From: Podospora anserina
Taxonomy: Eukaryota
Assembly (NCBI GenBank): GCA_017654855.1
Contig: CM030337.1
Coordinates: 3,038,001-3,102,000, forward strand
DNA: 64,000 nt
Reading direction: 5' to 3'
In this document: in pieces, positions 50,325 through 61,127 of the stretch
Position numbering within the stretch: the first letter of the stretch is position 1
Layout of the letters: each line of letters starts with the position of its first letter
Translations under genes and position numbers: made by a program
Notes under the pieces: generated by a model
Told to the model about the DNA's origin: nothing
The model's database searches: none
The model's input: the letters and a program-made list of their open reading frames with translations, nothing else

Positions 50325-50996
50325 CTACACCTTTGTTTTGCTGTTTGGGTCGCTGGCAAAGCGAAAGTCAAAGAACAGAGGATATACCCGAGCAAAGGCG
50401 GCCCTAAGATCCTCTTCTGTCTTGGCACCGGTGACCACGATCTTTCCGGTTGTAAAAATGAGAAGGGTTGGACAGGAGCGAGGTGTCCCATCTGCTCGAT
50501 AACCGAGATACTGCTTGAAAGACAAGCCTGGGAAAATCTCGGGGACAAAAGAGGCGCCAACAGTGACATACTTGTTGGCTAACCCCTCCAGTCTGATGTT
50601 GAAGCCAACATTGGCACTGCCAATGATATTCCGGACAGTGAAGTCGCGGAATTTCGGAGTGAAGCCGCATTTCTGGAGGGCGTAAGCGTGTTTCTTAGCG
50701 GCAAGGCGAGCCAGGGCTTCGCTCTTGGCACCTGTGACAACCATTCTGCCCGTTGCGAAGATCAGTGCTGTCGTTCGTGGATCGCGGATGCGCATGATCA
50801 CAGCATTGAAGCGACGCGGTCTGTATTCGACATTGCGGGCCCGTTGGGCTAGGTAGTTGAGGTCAATGCGACAGTCAAGGTTGACGGTGACGACGAAGTT
50901 TTGAAGTTTGGGGATGGGCCAGTCTGGAGGGTACTCGTGGGATTCGGTTTCTGGGATGATGTCTTGACGGCTGTCCATCTGGTTAGAGTCGGCCAT
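50325..50996 (-). CDS. Divergent TATA-binding protein paralogue (TBP-like factor)
   Basis: Two TBP repeats: LQNFVVTVNL...EYRPRRFNAVIMRIRDPRTTALIFATGRMVVTGAK and RNIIGS...PEIFPGL...LLIFTTGKIVVTGAK; AAAATGG start; no intron. Confidence 0.95.
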   Translation of the reverse strand: MADSNQMDSRQDIIPETESHEYPPDWPIPKLQNFVVTVNLDCRIDLNYLAQRARNVEYRPRRFNAVIMRIRDPRTTALIFATGRMVVTGAKSEALARLAAKKHAYALQKCGFTPKFRDFTVRNIIGSANVGFNIRLEGLANKYVTVGASFVPEIFPGLSFKQYLGYRADGTPRSCPTLLIFTTGKIVVTGAKTEEDLRAAFARVYPLFFDFRFASDPNSKTKV

Positions 50997-52087
50997 TTTG
51001 AAAAGATCTGTTGTGCTGTTACCTTGTTATGTTGAAAACACTTACCGTATCTGGCGGCGCTTGGTGAATGAGTTAGTAGAAGGTAGCCGGTTTATGGAGG
51101 CAGGCTGGGCATTGTTATATCTGATAGTCTTACTTCAAGACAAAGACTCCGACATCAAGACAATTGAAGGACAATGTCATTGTCGAACACAAAGGCTCTC
51201 TGTCCACGCTGTGGGTCCAAGTATGACAGTGCATTTGTTGAAATTTCGGTGGGCAGGTTTCGACCTTGAATTGTAGAGCAATATCGGAGAAGCCTTAATT
51301 GGATAATTGCGGCGGTGTTTCGGGCAGGAGCACTGGTAGGCATGCGACCTGTGATGTAAACGGGCACTTCGGAAACTCTGGAAAGCTGGAAAGGCATGAG
51401 GACGGGAACTGGAAAATGGAGCAGTGAGGAGCAACTAAGCGGTGGCCCGAGCTTCGTGGCGTGCTCGCTAATCTCACTATTGCTAGCGCCCCTTGCTGCC
51501 AAGTTATGGGGCATCAATCGACGAACTAGCCACCGGAACACCCCGCCCGATTTGCCAACGTCTCCATGGACTCGATATCAAACATCATGCAGTTTTCAAA
51601 ACTCTTGACAGAGGATGATTGAACCTAATAAACTCTTTTACTCGCCGGCGCCGCCTTGTTTTTCAATCTATGAAGGATCGCCAAAGAAGAACGAAATGAC
51701 GTGCATGATTGCCGTCTAGCCAACCCTCTCGGGCTCGGAGTGATGGCCCGAATTGACTTCGAGGCCGGCCCTTGAAACGTCAACACCGAAGCGACTGCCT
51801 GCGCTTGACTTAGCTTGTTTCCCCGCATGTCAAGATGGGAGCTACTGGCCAAACGTTTTGCTCAGCATTAGCACCCGCAGTCTCGAAGCCCGGCACGGGC
51901 ATACGATATGGCGATATCATCAATTTTGACCTCTGAAGACCCGCTGATGACGGAACAAAAACAGCAGGGCCCCCTCTTCATCACCCAGACACCCATGGCA
52001 CCATGTACACCAACAGTCCAACCACTTTTTTAGCCGTTCGATAACATCCACGTTGCCCCTTGCCACAGCACAACGACACCGGCCGGG

Positions 52088-53350
52088 ATGTCTCTGCTCG
52101 CTTTGTTCAGAAATCGAGATGCAAAAACCCCGACCGAGTCACTTCCGGCCAATGTGTCCAAGAAACGATTGAGGAAGAAATCTTTTGCTCGTCTCACAGA
52201 AAGAAACATCGAAGCTGTCCAGGAATTGAGCAGCCCCATGGGAAACCATGTCTCCTTCGAAAGCAACCCACGGTCCCAGCGCCACCCACGCGCTTCCGCC
52301 AACATCCCCGAGCTGCCATGCTTACCCATATATGAGACCTTGACACTGTCTATGGGATCTTCCAACGGGCCATGCCATGGTGGCAGTGAAACGTCGTCAA
52401 CGAAGGTCAAGGAAAAGCTGCGGCCTCTATCGAAATGTATGCCTCAGAATACCTCACGGGTTCACTTTCTCCCACAACAAGAGTCACCAACCTTCAAACT
52501 CGTCCCCAACATCCACCCAACGCTCACCCCGCAGCCAACTCCGAAATCCCCGGTTTACGACCGAGCTTCGATACTCGCTGACTCGTATCGATCAATACTT
52601 CCCGACTTTGATGCCATGGAACAAATCATCGAATCGGAAGATAACCTCTCTCTGCCAAAGAGTCCCTCTGAACAATGCCCCCATATTCCACTCTGCCGGC
52701 ACCCCACCAATCAGTCGGTATGCCGGCAGTCAACAGTCGCCAAGCAAGTCATCGTTGAGGTGCCATCCTCACCTCAGCACCACTCCTTCATTGCGCAGAT
52801 AGATTCAGTCGTTGAGCCCCAGTCAGCAGCATCTTCGTTTACCGTTGTGGAAAATAGCGAACGGAGTTCCGAAGAGGAGGCCACAGCGCCTGCCATTCCG
52901 CCTCAGGCTCCTCAACGGAAGGTTCAAGCCATCAACCAGAGTCGTGCATTGCAACAGTCCCCGTCAGTCGCAGCGAGCAGTAATCCTGCCTCCCCGAGGC
53001 GACCAAGGCCTCCTTCACCGCGGTTTAAAGTTACAAAAGGGGACAACACCAAGAGCTCTCTGGCGTTGCAAATTTGCACGCATATGCTCACTGACGAGCT
53101 GAAGAAGGCGTTGTTTGCCAAACAGGATGGTGTCGATGAGGATTCACAAGCTGCGAAGCTGCAGGTTTTGTTGTTGATCGAGGCTTATGAGGGTGTGATG
53201 GAGAGCTGTAAAGAGCAGCTTGCACAGTCAGAGCAAGAGGGGAGCAATGTCGAAGTCAAACATGCTAGGGAGGCGGTGGATATTTTGGGGCATTGGTTGG
53301 ATAGTTTGTATGAGATTTATGGCGAGGCCTTTGGACGTGATGAGGACTAA
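52088..53350 (+). CDS. Hypothetical protein, disordered S/P-rich body with a helical C-terminal domain
   Basis: 420-aa ORF; C-terminal LALQICTHMLTDEL...LQVLLLIEAYE...ILGHWLDSLY. Confidence 0.75.
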   Translation: MSLLALFRNRDAKTPTESLPANVSKKRLRKKSFARLTERNIEAVQELSSPMGNHVSFESNPRSQRHPRASANIPELPCLPIYETLTLSMGSSNGPCHGGSETSSTKVKEKLRPLSKCMPQNTSRVHFLPQQESPTFKLVPNIHPTLTPQPTPKSPVYDRASILADSYRSILPDFDAMEQIIESEDNLSLPKSPSEQCPHIPLCRHPTNQSVCRQSTVAKQVIVEVPSSPQHHSFIAQIDSVVEPQSAASSFTVVENSERSSEEEATAPAIPPQAPQRKVQAINQSRALQQSPSVAASSNPASPRRPRPPSPRFKVTKGDNTKSSLALQICTHMLTDELKKALFAKQDGVDEDSQAAKLQVLLLIEAYEGVMESCKEQLAQSEQEGSNVEVKHAREAVDILGHWLDSLYEIYGEAFGRDED

Positions 53351-53732
53351 TGATGGTGGGTAATGATGGAGTTGTGATGCTTTTGATGGTAATGATGATC
53401 GATTGGTGGTGGTTCATGATGGAGATAGGAGGCTTTGTCCGGTTGCTTTCTCAATACACTAGGGTATGTAGGCGTTTGTTTGATCATAGTATATCAGTAA
53501 TAATTTTGTACATAGCGATCACATCTCAGCAACAAAGTTGACAGTACTCTTTATGAAGGATGAACTCAATTAAAAGCAGAAGAGGTCATCGAAAACAGTC
53601 TTGCCCGTTTTGCCTTTGCCTCTGCAGCAGCGAGGTATGAGCATTTGGAAACACCCTAGCACCAGGAACATGCCAATACAACACGGCCAGGTCTTACTAT
53701 CCGGAAGGTCCATGATGGAGTCTCTGCCAGGC

Positions 53733-53930
53733 TCAAGTCTTCTCGGGGGGTCGCTCAATAGCCCCATCGACCTTCTTGCCGTCTCCGTGTCCGCTCTTCT
53801 TGGGAGGCTCAAGGGCGCCACTTCTCTTGAGGGGTTCAAGAGCTCCGCTCCGTTTCGTAGGCTCAGGTGCGCCGCTTCGCTTGGGGGCTTCGATGGCCCC
53901 TGATTTTTTGCCGCGCTCAATGGTGAACAT
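53733..53930 (-). CDS. Short ORF with 9-aa tandem repeats K(K/R)SGAxExx; possibly a 5' gene fragment
   Basis: ATG at 53930 after a C/A-rich leader; four 27-bp repeats; intron-like GTAAGA...CAG just downstream. Confidence 0.45.
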   Translation of the reverse strand: MFTIERGKKSGAIEAPKRSGAPEPTKRSGALEPLKRSGALEPPKKSGHGDGKKVDGAIERPPEKT

Positions 53931-54503
53931 TGCTGGTTGTGCGGTCGTTGTTTCTGTTGATGGTTTAACTCGAGCTTTACTTGTGCGGTGGAAGATGTTG
54001 GGTTGCTTACGGGAAATGTGATTTTGTGTCTGAACAGATTGTAGACTTGTTTGCTGTGATGGTTGAAGGTAGGGGTATATGGAGGGGAAAAGGAGGGTTC
54101 ATATACATGTGTTTTGGTGGTCAGCCGGGGAGGCTCGGTCAGGAGTATGCTTGAAGGCGAAACGGAAGCAGGCTCCAATGACCTTGGGGAAGTTTCGTGC
54201 TGTGGATAGTCGTACCAGGCCAGCAAGGTGTTACCGCTTCATGGACGTCCACAGAGTGTCGTGTGGTTTGGTGAAGTATGGACACGGGCGTAACGTGGGG
54301 CTGTGCGACGGGTGTGATACTGTTAAGAGTTCGGATGCTAGGATATAGGTGTGCCGGGAGCCTCGTGGCAACAAGTCACCACGCTGTCCTGTGCGAGTTG
54401 GGTATCAGGGATATCTAAGCTTGCATGTACCACGTACAAAGCATTGAAGAAGGCAAGCAGAAAAAGAACATTAGCGGCTAACCTCTGCTATGGTCGTATG
54501 ATA

Positions 54504-55424
54504 GCCGAAGCAATCACCCCCTCTGAATCCGGAGCTCGATATCGACTCCGATTACTCTTCAAATCCCACCTCGGCAAGGGCGCATCAGGCGGAAGCGCAG
54601 ACGATTACTACGCTTGCCTGTGGTGCGTGAGTGCGGCTGTGACAGTGCGGGAGAGCGACGCGACTGTCTTCCGGTCAGCGGACGACCTCCTGCAGCATTT
54701 ATCCCGACACCCGCAGCCATTACCTCAAATACCTGGGGTGAACGTTTGCTATGGACCCGAGCCAGAACAGCCCGATTTTGACCTGCACCTGCCCGACGGC
54801 CCTGTGCCCGTACCCATGCCGGACAACGTCACCCGGTTGGCGACGGCTATTGCAATCAAAGACCACTTTCGACGTCATGGGCGAGGGAAGCTCGAGAAGC
54901 CGCCGAGGTATGATGGTGAGATGCTTGAGTTTATGGAAGGGGCGAGGATCATGGGGGTCATGTTCCCCGAGAAGTGCGAGGGCAAGTGGTGTCTGGGGAG
55001 ACATGACGGAATGTTTGGGGCTGTCCCGTCGAAGGTGATTGAGCTCCGGGCGCCGCAGGAGAGTGAGGTTCCTGTGGGTGGGGAGAGTGGGATGATTGTG
55101 ACCACGCGGTGGAAGTGGACTCCTCCCAAATCCGGCGGTGTAGCTTGGGTGGCGTTTGGGAAAGGCGAGGTCATCACAAATGTCCAGTGTAGGTTGAAGT
55201 TCTGCAGCGCGATCATACGTCACGATTTTGGATTCGATCTAACTAGCGTGCTACAGGTCTTTATGCGGATTACTGGTGCTGGTATGGGACAAATAGCAAG
55301 GGCAAGACTGGTGCATTTCCCCAGTCACATGTCGATTTGCAGACCCTCAAAGCGCAAGAGTCAACTGCACCGAGACGTCCAAGCCGGGGATTGTTTTTGT
55401 TTGGAAGATAATCTCCGCGTCTGA
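54504..55424 (+). CDS. SH3-like domain protein, 5' end not found
   Basis: RYRLRLLFKSHL, YACLWC, ESDATVF, HLSRHP, WCLGRHDGMFGAVP, W..FGKGEVITNV; GCTAAC...TAG acceptor at ~54503; no clear ATG. Confidence 0.65.
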   Translation, partial: AEAITPSESGARYRLRLLFKSHLGKGASGGSADDYYACLWCVSAAVTVRESDATVFRSADDLLQHLSRHPQPLPQIPGVNVCYGPEPEQPDFDLHLPDGPVPVPMPDNVTRLATAIAIKDHFRRHGRGKLEKPPRYDGEMLEFMEGARIMGVMFPEKCEGKWCLGRHDGMFGAVPSKVIELRAPQESEVPVGGESGMIVTTRWKWTPPKSGGVAWVAFGKGEVITNVQCRLKFCSAIIRHDFGFDLTSVLQVFMRITGAGMGQIARARLVHFPSHMSICRPSKRKSQLHRDVQAGDCFCLEDNLRV

Positions 55425-57133
55425 AACATTATGGTACTCCTCTTCCTTGCCTCACCCTGTCTGTACCGTGGTGTGTGCAGATGGGGAACTGGCACTGCTC
55501 ATGATGAAGGGGGCTGAGAAGGTAGTCTGTATGTCGATAATGAGTTGTGAGGGCCACGGGGTGACCAAGCTAGCAAGCTTGAGTCCACATGCTCATTCTT
55601 CCCAGTCAGCTCGGCTCCTTCACTTCTCTGCTTCACCAAACCACATACCTCATCACATCACACAAGCGGGGTTGAACAGACTGCCCAAGAGTAGCTAGGA
55701 TGAAAAGTTCGTTTACAGTCGAGGCAGCCTAAGAAGGAATGGATGATTCGGGACCTACAAGGCCGAATCGGCAGATGGCCGGGGAGGTGTTAAGATTTTT
55801 AGTGTTGTTGTAATGGTTATGGTAGCTACCTGGTTTGTCTGGGGCAGACCAATCAGCGTATCCCAGCGTACCCTGTTGCACATTTGTTGCCAGACTCGTC
55901 TCGGTGAGACGGCTTTGAGACCTACAATAAAGACCTGCTATCGCCTGACTATGGGCGTGTTCGAATTAGGAATCCACTTCAATTTGAAGCTAATACTTTT
56001 CATCCAAGACTAGGTACCGGGCCCTAGCCAGACTTCTGTACACTGTGGGACTAGTATTAGATTACAGAATTTTTCCACCGTCCACAGGCTCATATACGTA
56101 TCTAGTTAGACTTTGGGATAGGCGCCCGCACCTTATCCTTTGACAATATCCTTCAAAGGAGAGATGATAATGTCTCGCTCTACCAACGGTACTCCTCAAC
56201 TGTCACGAATGAGAGGCATAAGTAGGTCAAAGGCCAATACCATTGCCAGTCTATCAATGTAATCGTAATATAAAGAAGAAAGGAAGAAGTGTGGGCTTGC
56301 AGCTCCATCTTCTTATCATAAACCCCGGTCAGAGCTCCGGGTCTTGCAATCAACCCTAACCCTTCATCCTGAGTAATCCTGTCCTTCACCACCAAGCCGT
56401 AACATCAACCTCTTAACTTGGCATTTCAATCAGATGTTCAGGCCTCTCTCCTACATCCAAGCCTTCTGTCGTTAGGATTAATAAGACTGACGAGGTCCTT
56501 GATAGACATGGCCTGGATCGCGCCAAATATATGTTCGAGGAGCTGCAACTCAGGGAGATAGATAGGAGCCTGTCACACGTTATCCACCTTGGCTTGGAGC
56601 ACAACCAACAACACAGTGAACTGAAAGCTCTGAGCCGGTTGTTGAAAAGTGAAATGAGCGACGGGTTACCGGCGCAAGCAGCAGAGGCATTATTGACTCG
56701 TGTATAATCAGAGGGAAGCGCCGGACTTAGAAGATGGCCAAGGCTATCACAAGCACGGACCTCTTTGAGATAAATACATGAGCAGAAGAGCAGAGCAGTG
56801 GGACGAAAGGATTCCTCATCAAGGATCTTGAGGCCACTGAAGATTATTGAAATGAATTGAACCTATGTTGTTCCAAGCCCTGAACTCCAGCCCTTGTCAC
56901 AGTTACAGCAAGGCATCGATGCATTCTTGTTTAAAAGACTGGGAACACGTCAGGACTCCATTGGTTTCAGTACCCGCGCATCTTGATAGATAAAATAGCG
57001 AAAACTAGTTGGGAGAGGTGCCGAAGGACTTCCAAAGCTTCTCTACGTAGGTATGCTTCTATTTCGCACGCAAGCGGGGAGTGAACCCAGAATCCCCTAG
57101 CCGTGAGAATAGTGCTTCGACAAACGCTCGCTG

Positions 57134-59428
57134 TCAAGGTTCCAACTCAGTAATGACTCCCAGCGCTACAAGCCCCTGAAACTGAGCCCCATAGAATCCC
57201 GTAATAATGTAACCTGGAGGTGATGTGAACAGCTTCGTCTTGACGTTCCAACTCCGTGGCTTCGGTTCGTCCTCAAACTGGTAGTACCGTCCACGGTTGG
57301 TGAAGACCTAATGGTTCATTCTTCTGTTAGCTTGAGACCATTCGTCAGCCCGGTTGCTGTCTGTGTTGACACTCCCTAATAAGGTGGAATGGGCAGTGGC
57401 TGCAGGTGTGCAACATACCTTGAACAGCGCTAATGCTCCCTCCGACATCAACCATCTTTCACCATCTTCCTTATAGTATTTTTGACTGATTTCAATAGCG
57501 GTGATCCTTTCCCCTCCAGGGCCATCGATATCAAAGATATCGAGATTGTCCTCGTCGTCTGAGTCAGGCAGCGGAGCCCGACCAAACATCCGACAGTCCA
57601 ATGGAACGTCCTCCTTTTGAAACTCAAAAGCCATGATCTCGTCTGCCGTACTCCATGATATCCTATGCAAGTCCTTTAAGTATATACCTCCTGGTCCGCC
57701 GAAATGGGTCCAGAATAGCGGCTTGAATCCTTGAGTGTATGACTGGGCAGGAAAAAAGAACTCTTCGTTGAGGTTGAGGTGAGCCGGTGGTATATCAGGA
57801 TACCATACTGCGGAGTTTCTCAAGATGATGTTGTTCTCCACGTCGCTACAGTCAGCGTCTTCTTTCTTGACAATCGCAATTTCGACAAGTCTGAATCCCT
57901 ATAGCACCTTGTTAGCTCTGCATCTTCCATAGGATTTTTTCACATACGTCGGACCAAACTTCCAGTGCTGCAATATCTGCTACATTCCCAAGCCGTGTTG
58001 TTATTGCAGCATCATCGGGATCACCAAGCCAGGGGGCTGAGCTTGTTGAGTCCGCAAACAGTAGAGCGTGGATACCTCGTAACCCGACAGCAACGTTGAA
58101 AACTCTTAGCTTAGAGGCATCCAGTTCGATAGATCGCTCCTTTTCCTTGGGACCAATGTAGCCGACCTTGACAGTTTGTGAGTCTGATACGACTGATAAG
58201 CCCGCAATATACGTGAAGGATCCAGCCGTTATCGTCGAGGCGGAAATTCGGGCCCTTTCCTGAGGAATGGGCAGGTACTGCTTGTATCGACGGCGACATC
58301 CAGGTTTTAGCGGGCTCCATATATCAGAGTGCTCCGCTGCCGTCCCACCAACTCGTAAATTGAAGCCGGGTTTTGGAACCACCTGCTCATCCCCTTCTGC
58401 AACCGCGACCTTTGGGGTTAAACGAAGCTCCAAAATTTCCACAATGGGCAGAACGGAAAGCCAAATGTGTTGCCTGTTGTGAAGAGCGCCCCGGATCAGC
58501 TCATTCCAGTTATTGTCCTTGTCAGTGATTTGGTGGTACAGCGAGCGCCAATCGCGAGCACCTCTGTAGGGATGCCGACGAACTTCAAATAGCCATGAGA
58601 GGTCTGAGTTTCGACCTATGAATCGGGATGCCCAGAATTGTTGACAATCAAATAGATGCCAAAAGGACCGTGATGCGAGGCGGGCGTGAAGAGCATCCTG
58701 TGTAGGCAGATAGAAGGCAATTGCAGTGCAAAGCTCTTCCGGAAGTGAAAGGAATGGATCGTTTCTCGATATTGGACCAGATGAAATGTTGGCCGGGGGG
58801 GCAGGGACTTCACAAGTTCCAAACCTTCGGCTCAATATCTGATCAACGTCGATGGAAAATGGATCCGATGAGAAAGGGGGCGCCGTCACTTGCCTACTGT
58901 CAGCGACTCCCTCCCATGGGAATGACTGCTTCACAGCGCAGCCGTCTGGCGGACAGCATTCTTTGTAGCCCCAATCAAGCTTTCCGTACATAGCGCTTAT
59001 TAAAGAGTCCAAGACATCGAACAACCTATCAAGAGGCACCGGTTCTGGGTGGATGGCTTCCTCCAAAAGTTTCCAGCAGGCGTCGTGCATAGGAAAGCCG
59101 CGTCTGTTGTTGACTGCATATCCCCAGGTTCCAAACTGGTCCTGTTCTGAAATATTGTAGCCATCATCATCATATCGGCTAGCTGTATTCGGTGGAGCGA
59201 TAAAGACGCCACCTTCAGGATCGCTGTAGAGGCCAACACCTGTCAGGGTAATCTTCTTTTCCGTCGAACATAAGTAAACTGAGTAACGACGCGTCAGCAG
59301 GCGCGCCAAATGAGGTGACCTTTTTTGAGAGACTTACGGCCACGAAATTCATTCATCCAGGATGATGTGGCTGAGGGTTCGTAGATGCGCCATCCACAAA
59401 GGGGACAAGTAAAGATGATTGGACTCAT
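57134..59428 (-). CDS. F-box domain protein (fungal family with N-terminal CPLCG)
   Basis: MSPIIFTCPLCGW..WMNEFRG|, GFPMHDACW, F-box LSLPEELCTAIAFYL..ARLASRSF, FGGPGG.YL, IDGPGGERI, FTNRG; three introns. Confidence 0.85.
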
Positions 59429-60353
59429 TCTCTTGTCATGGTTGCTCAGTCGAGATTGATAAGCGCAGGATGGCCGCTCTTTGTTGTTATTTGTGAGAGA
59501 AATTGCATTGGATGAAGACCAGCCGGAGTGCGGGGTTGTGATCGCCTGAAAGCGTAAACAGTCGCAGCAAATGATTGGTTAGAAATGGTTCAGGCCTGGC
59601 TCTGTTTTCACAGCCACAACAAAGTCCCCCAAATTTCATATTATTACGTGGATGGAACTGTGCCGTCTTCACCTTGTATCAGCGGTGGGTACCTGAATGT
59701 CCCCTATCTAGACTTGTCACTTTTTTTAGAGTCAAAATCCGCCACCATTGCGACCGTCTGTGGCACAAGCCCGCCTAAGTCCAGCCTCAACTCCACCGGC
59801 TCAAGAAAGCTTAGTCTACGGCGTGAACTGGCCTCGGCCTTCTAGATCACCAACTCATGCAACGTAACGTCACAGTGGCTCTGGCAAGGTGTAATGTCAC
59901 CGCATAATCACCAAGCTCCATTGCTGCGCCTGCGTTGGTTTTAGGACACCGCGGTGTCGGCCAGGGCCGTCCTTGATTAGAACTCCTAGCATCGAGATTT
60001 GAAACAACACGATGGCATTCCCGAATTCACTTCCATGTCTTTGAATTCCCAAAAAAGAGCAGTTGGGAACGTGACAGATTTTGAACCCAGCAGCTATGGG
60101 TCACCAACGGCCCTCGACACCATGAAAATAACCAAGCGCGAAACAAGGAAGACGAACTGATGTTGTGTAGATGGGATCTGAAACTATTTTTACAACCCTC
60201 TTCTTTGTATAAAGATAGGATATCTGCACCGTCCAAGCAGTGAAGGTCTATAGAAGCAAAGCAAACAACAGCATTCACGACTTACAACTACCACTCACAG
60301 TTAATTATCTTTTCCAACTAACCACCAAAGACTTTTTTTCAGTAACCTTCAAC

Positions 60354-61127
60354 ATGTCTGGATACATGCACATCAGGGCCATCCTCAAGCTCTACGAGGC
60401 TTTGAAGCCCGGGAGCAAGGAAGATCGAGTTGACGCTCTCTGGGCCAACATCCTCCCTCTCTTTTTCCCTATCCTGGAGGACTTCGTCACCGAGACCCAG
60501 CCTCACCCCAAGCCGTCCACCGATCTTAAGGAAGACGTTAGAGTACGCTACGTCGAGCACAAGTCGGACAGGTTCAAGCCCCTCTTCGTCATCGAGAACA
60601 AGCGGACCGAGTTCGAGACCCATGGAGCAGTCTGGGACTCCGCCGCCGGCCAGCTTCTTGACTACCTCGAGATCGAGCGTGACACCGCCAAGCGCCAGGG
60701 CTTCAAGAACATCACCCTCTATGGCGCTGTGACCGTTGGCCGATACTCCAAGTTTTACATCTTCCCTGCCGAGGCCAAGAGCCTCCAGCCGTTCGAGTCC
60801 CTCGACCACCTCGAATTCAAAAAAGACGAGGCTAAGATTGTTGCTATTCTCAAGAAGATTTATGGTGCTGCTTCCCGCCCTCCCTCGCGGGCTGGTTCTG
60901 CCAGTGGCGTGGGGTCTCGCCCCGGGTCCCGCGGTAACACCACGGCTGCTCCTACTGGTCGCCCTGGAAGCAGTGGCAGTAACACTGCCCGGCCTGGAAG
61001 CAGTGGCACTACCGCTCGTCCCGGTGCTACTACCACTGCTTCCCGCCCCAGCACCACTGCCTCCCGCCCCGGCTCGAGCGGCAGTACCCGCCCTGGTTCC
61101 TCTGGAAAGATCTCCGGCTCCCGCTAA
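60354..61127 (+). CDS. PD-(D/E)XK-like protein with C-terminal RPGSS repeats
   Basis: AACATG start; E..P....D.RV, FVIENKR, QLLDY, LYGAVTVG; tail of SRPxS/RPGSSG repeats. Confidence 0.75.
   Translation: MSGYMHIRAILKLYEALKPGSKEDRVDALWANILPLFFPILEDFVTETQPHPKPSTDLKEDVRVRYVEHKSDRFKPLFVIENKRTEFETHGAVWDSAAGQLLDYLEIERDTAKRQGFKNITLYGAVTVGRYSKFYIFPAEAKSLQPFESLDHLEFKKDEAKIVAILKKIYGAASRPPSRAGSASGVGSRPGSRGNTTAAPTGRPGSSGSNTARPGSSGTTARPGATTTASRPSTTASRPGSSGSTRPGSSGKISGSR

Noticed and set aside
53733-53930. Kex2-processed pheromone or KEP precursor (KR-delimited repeats)
   Set aside because: No signal peptide
56400-56900. Protein-like plus-strand fragments
   Set aside because: Possibly a gene relic, but too degraded to assign
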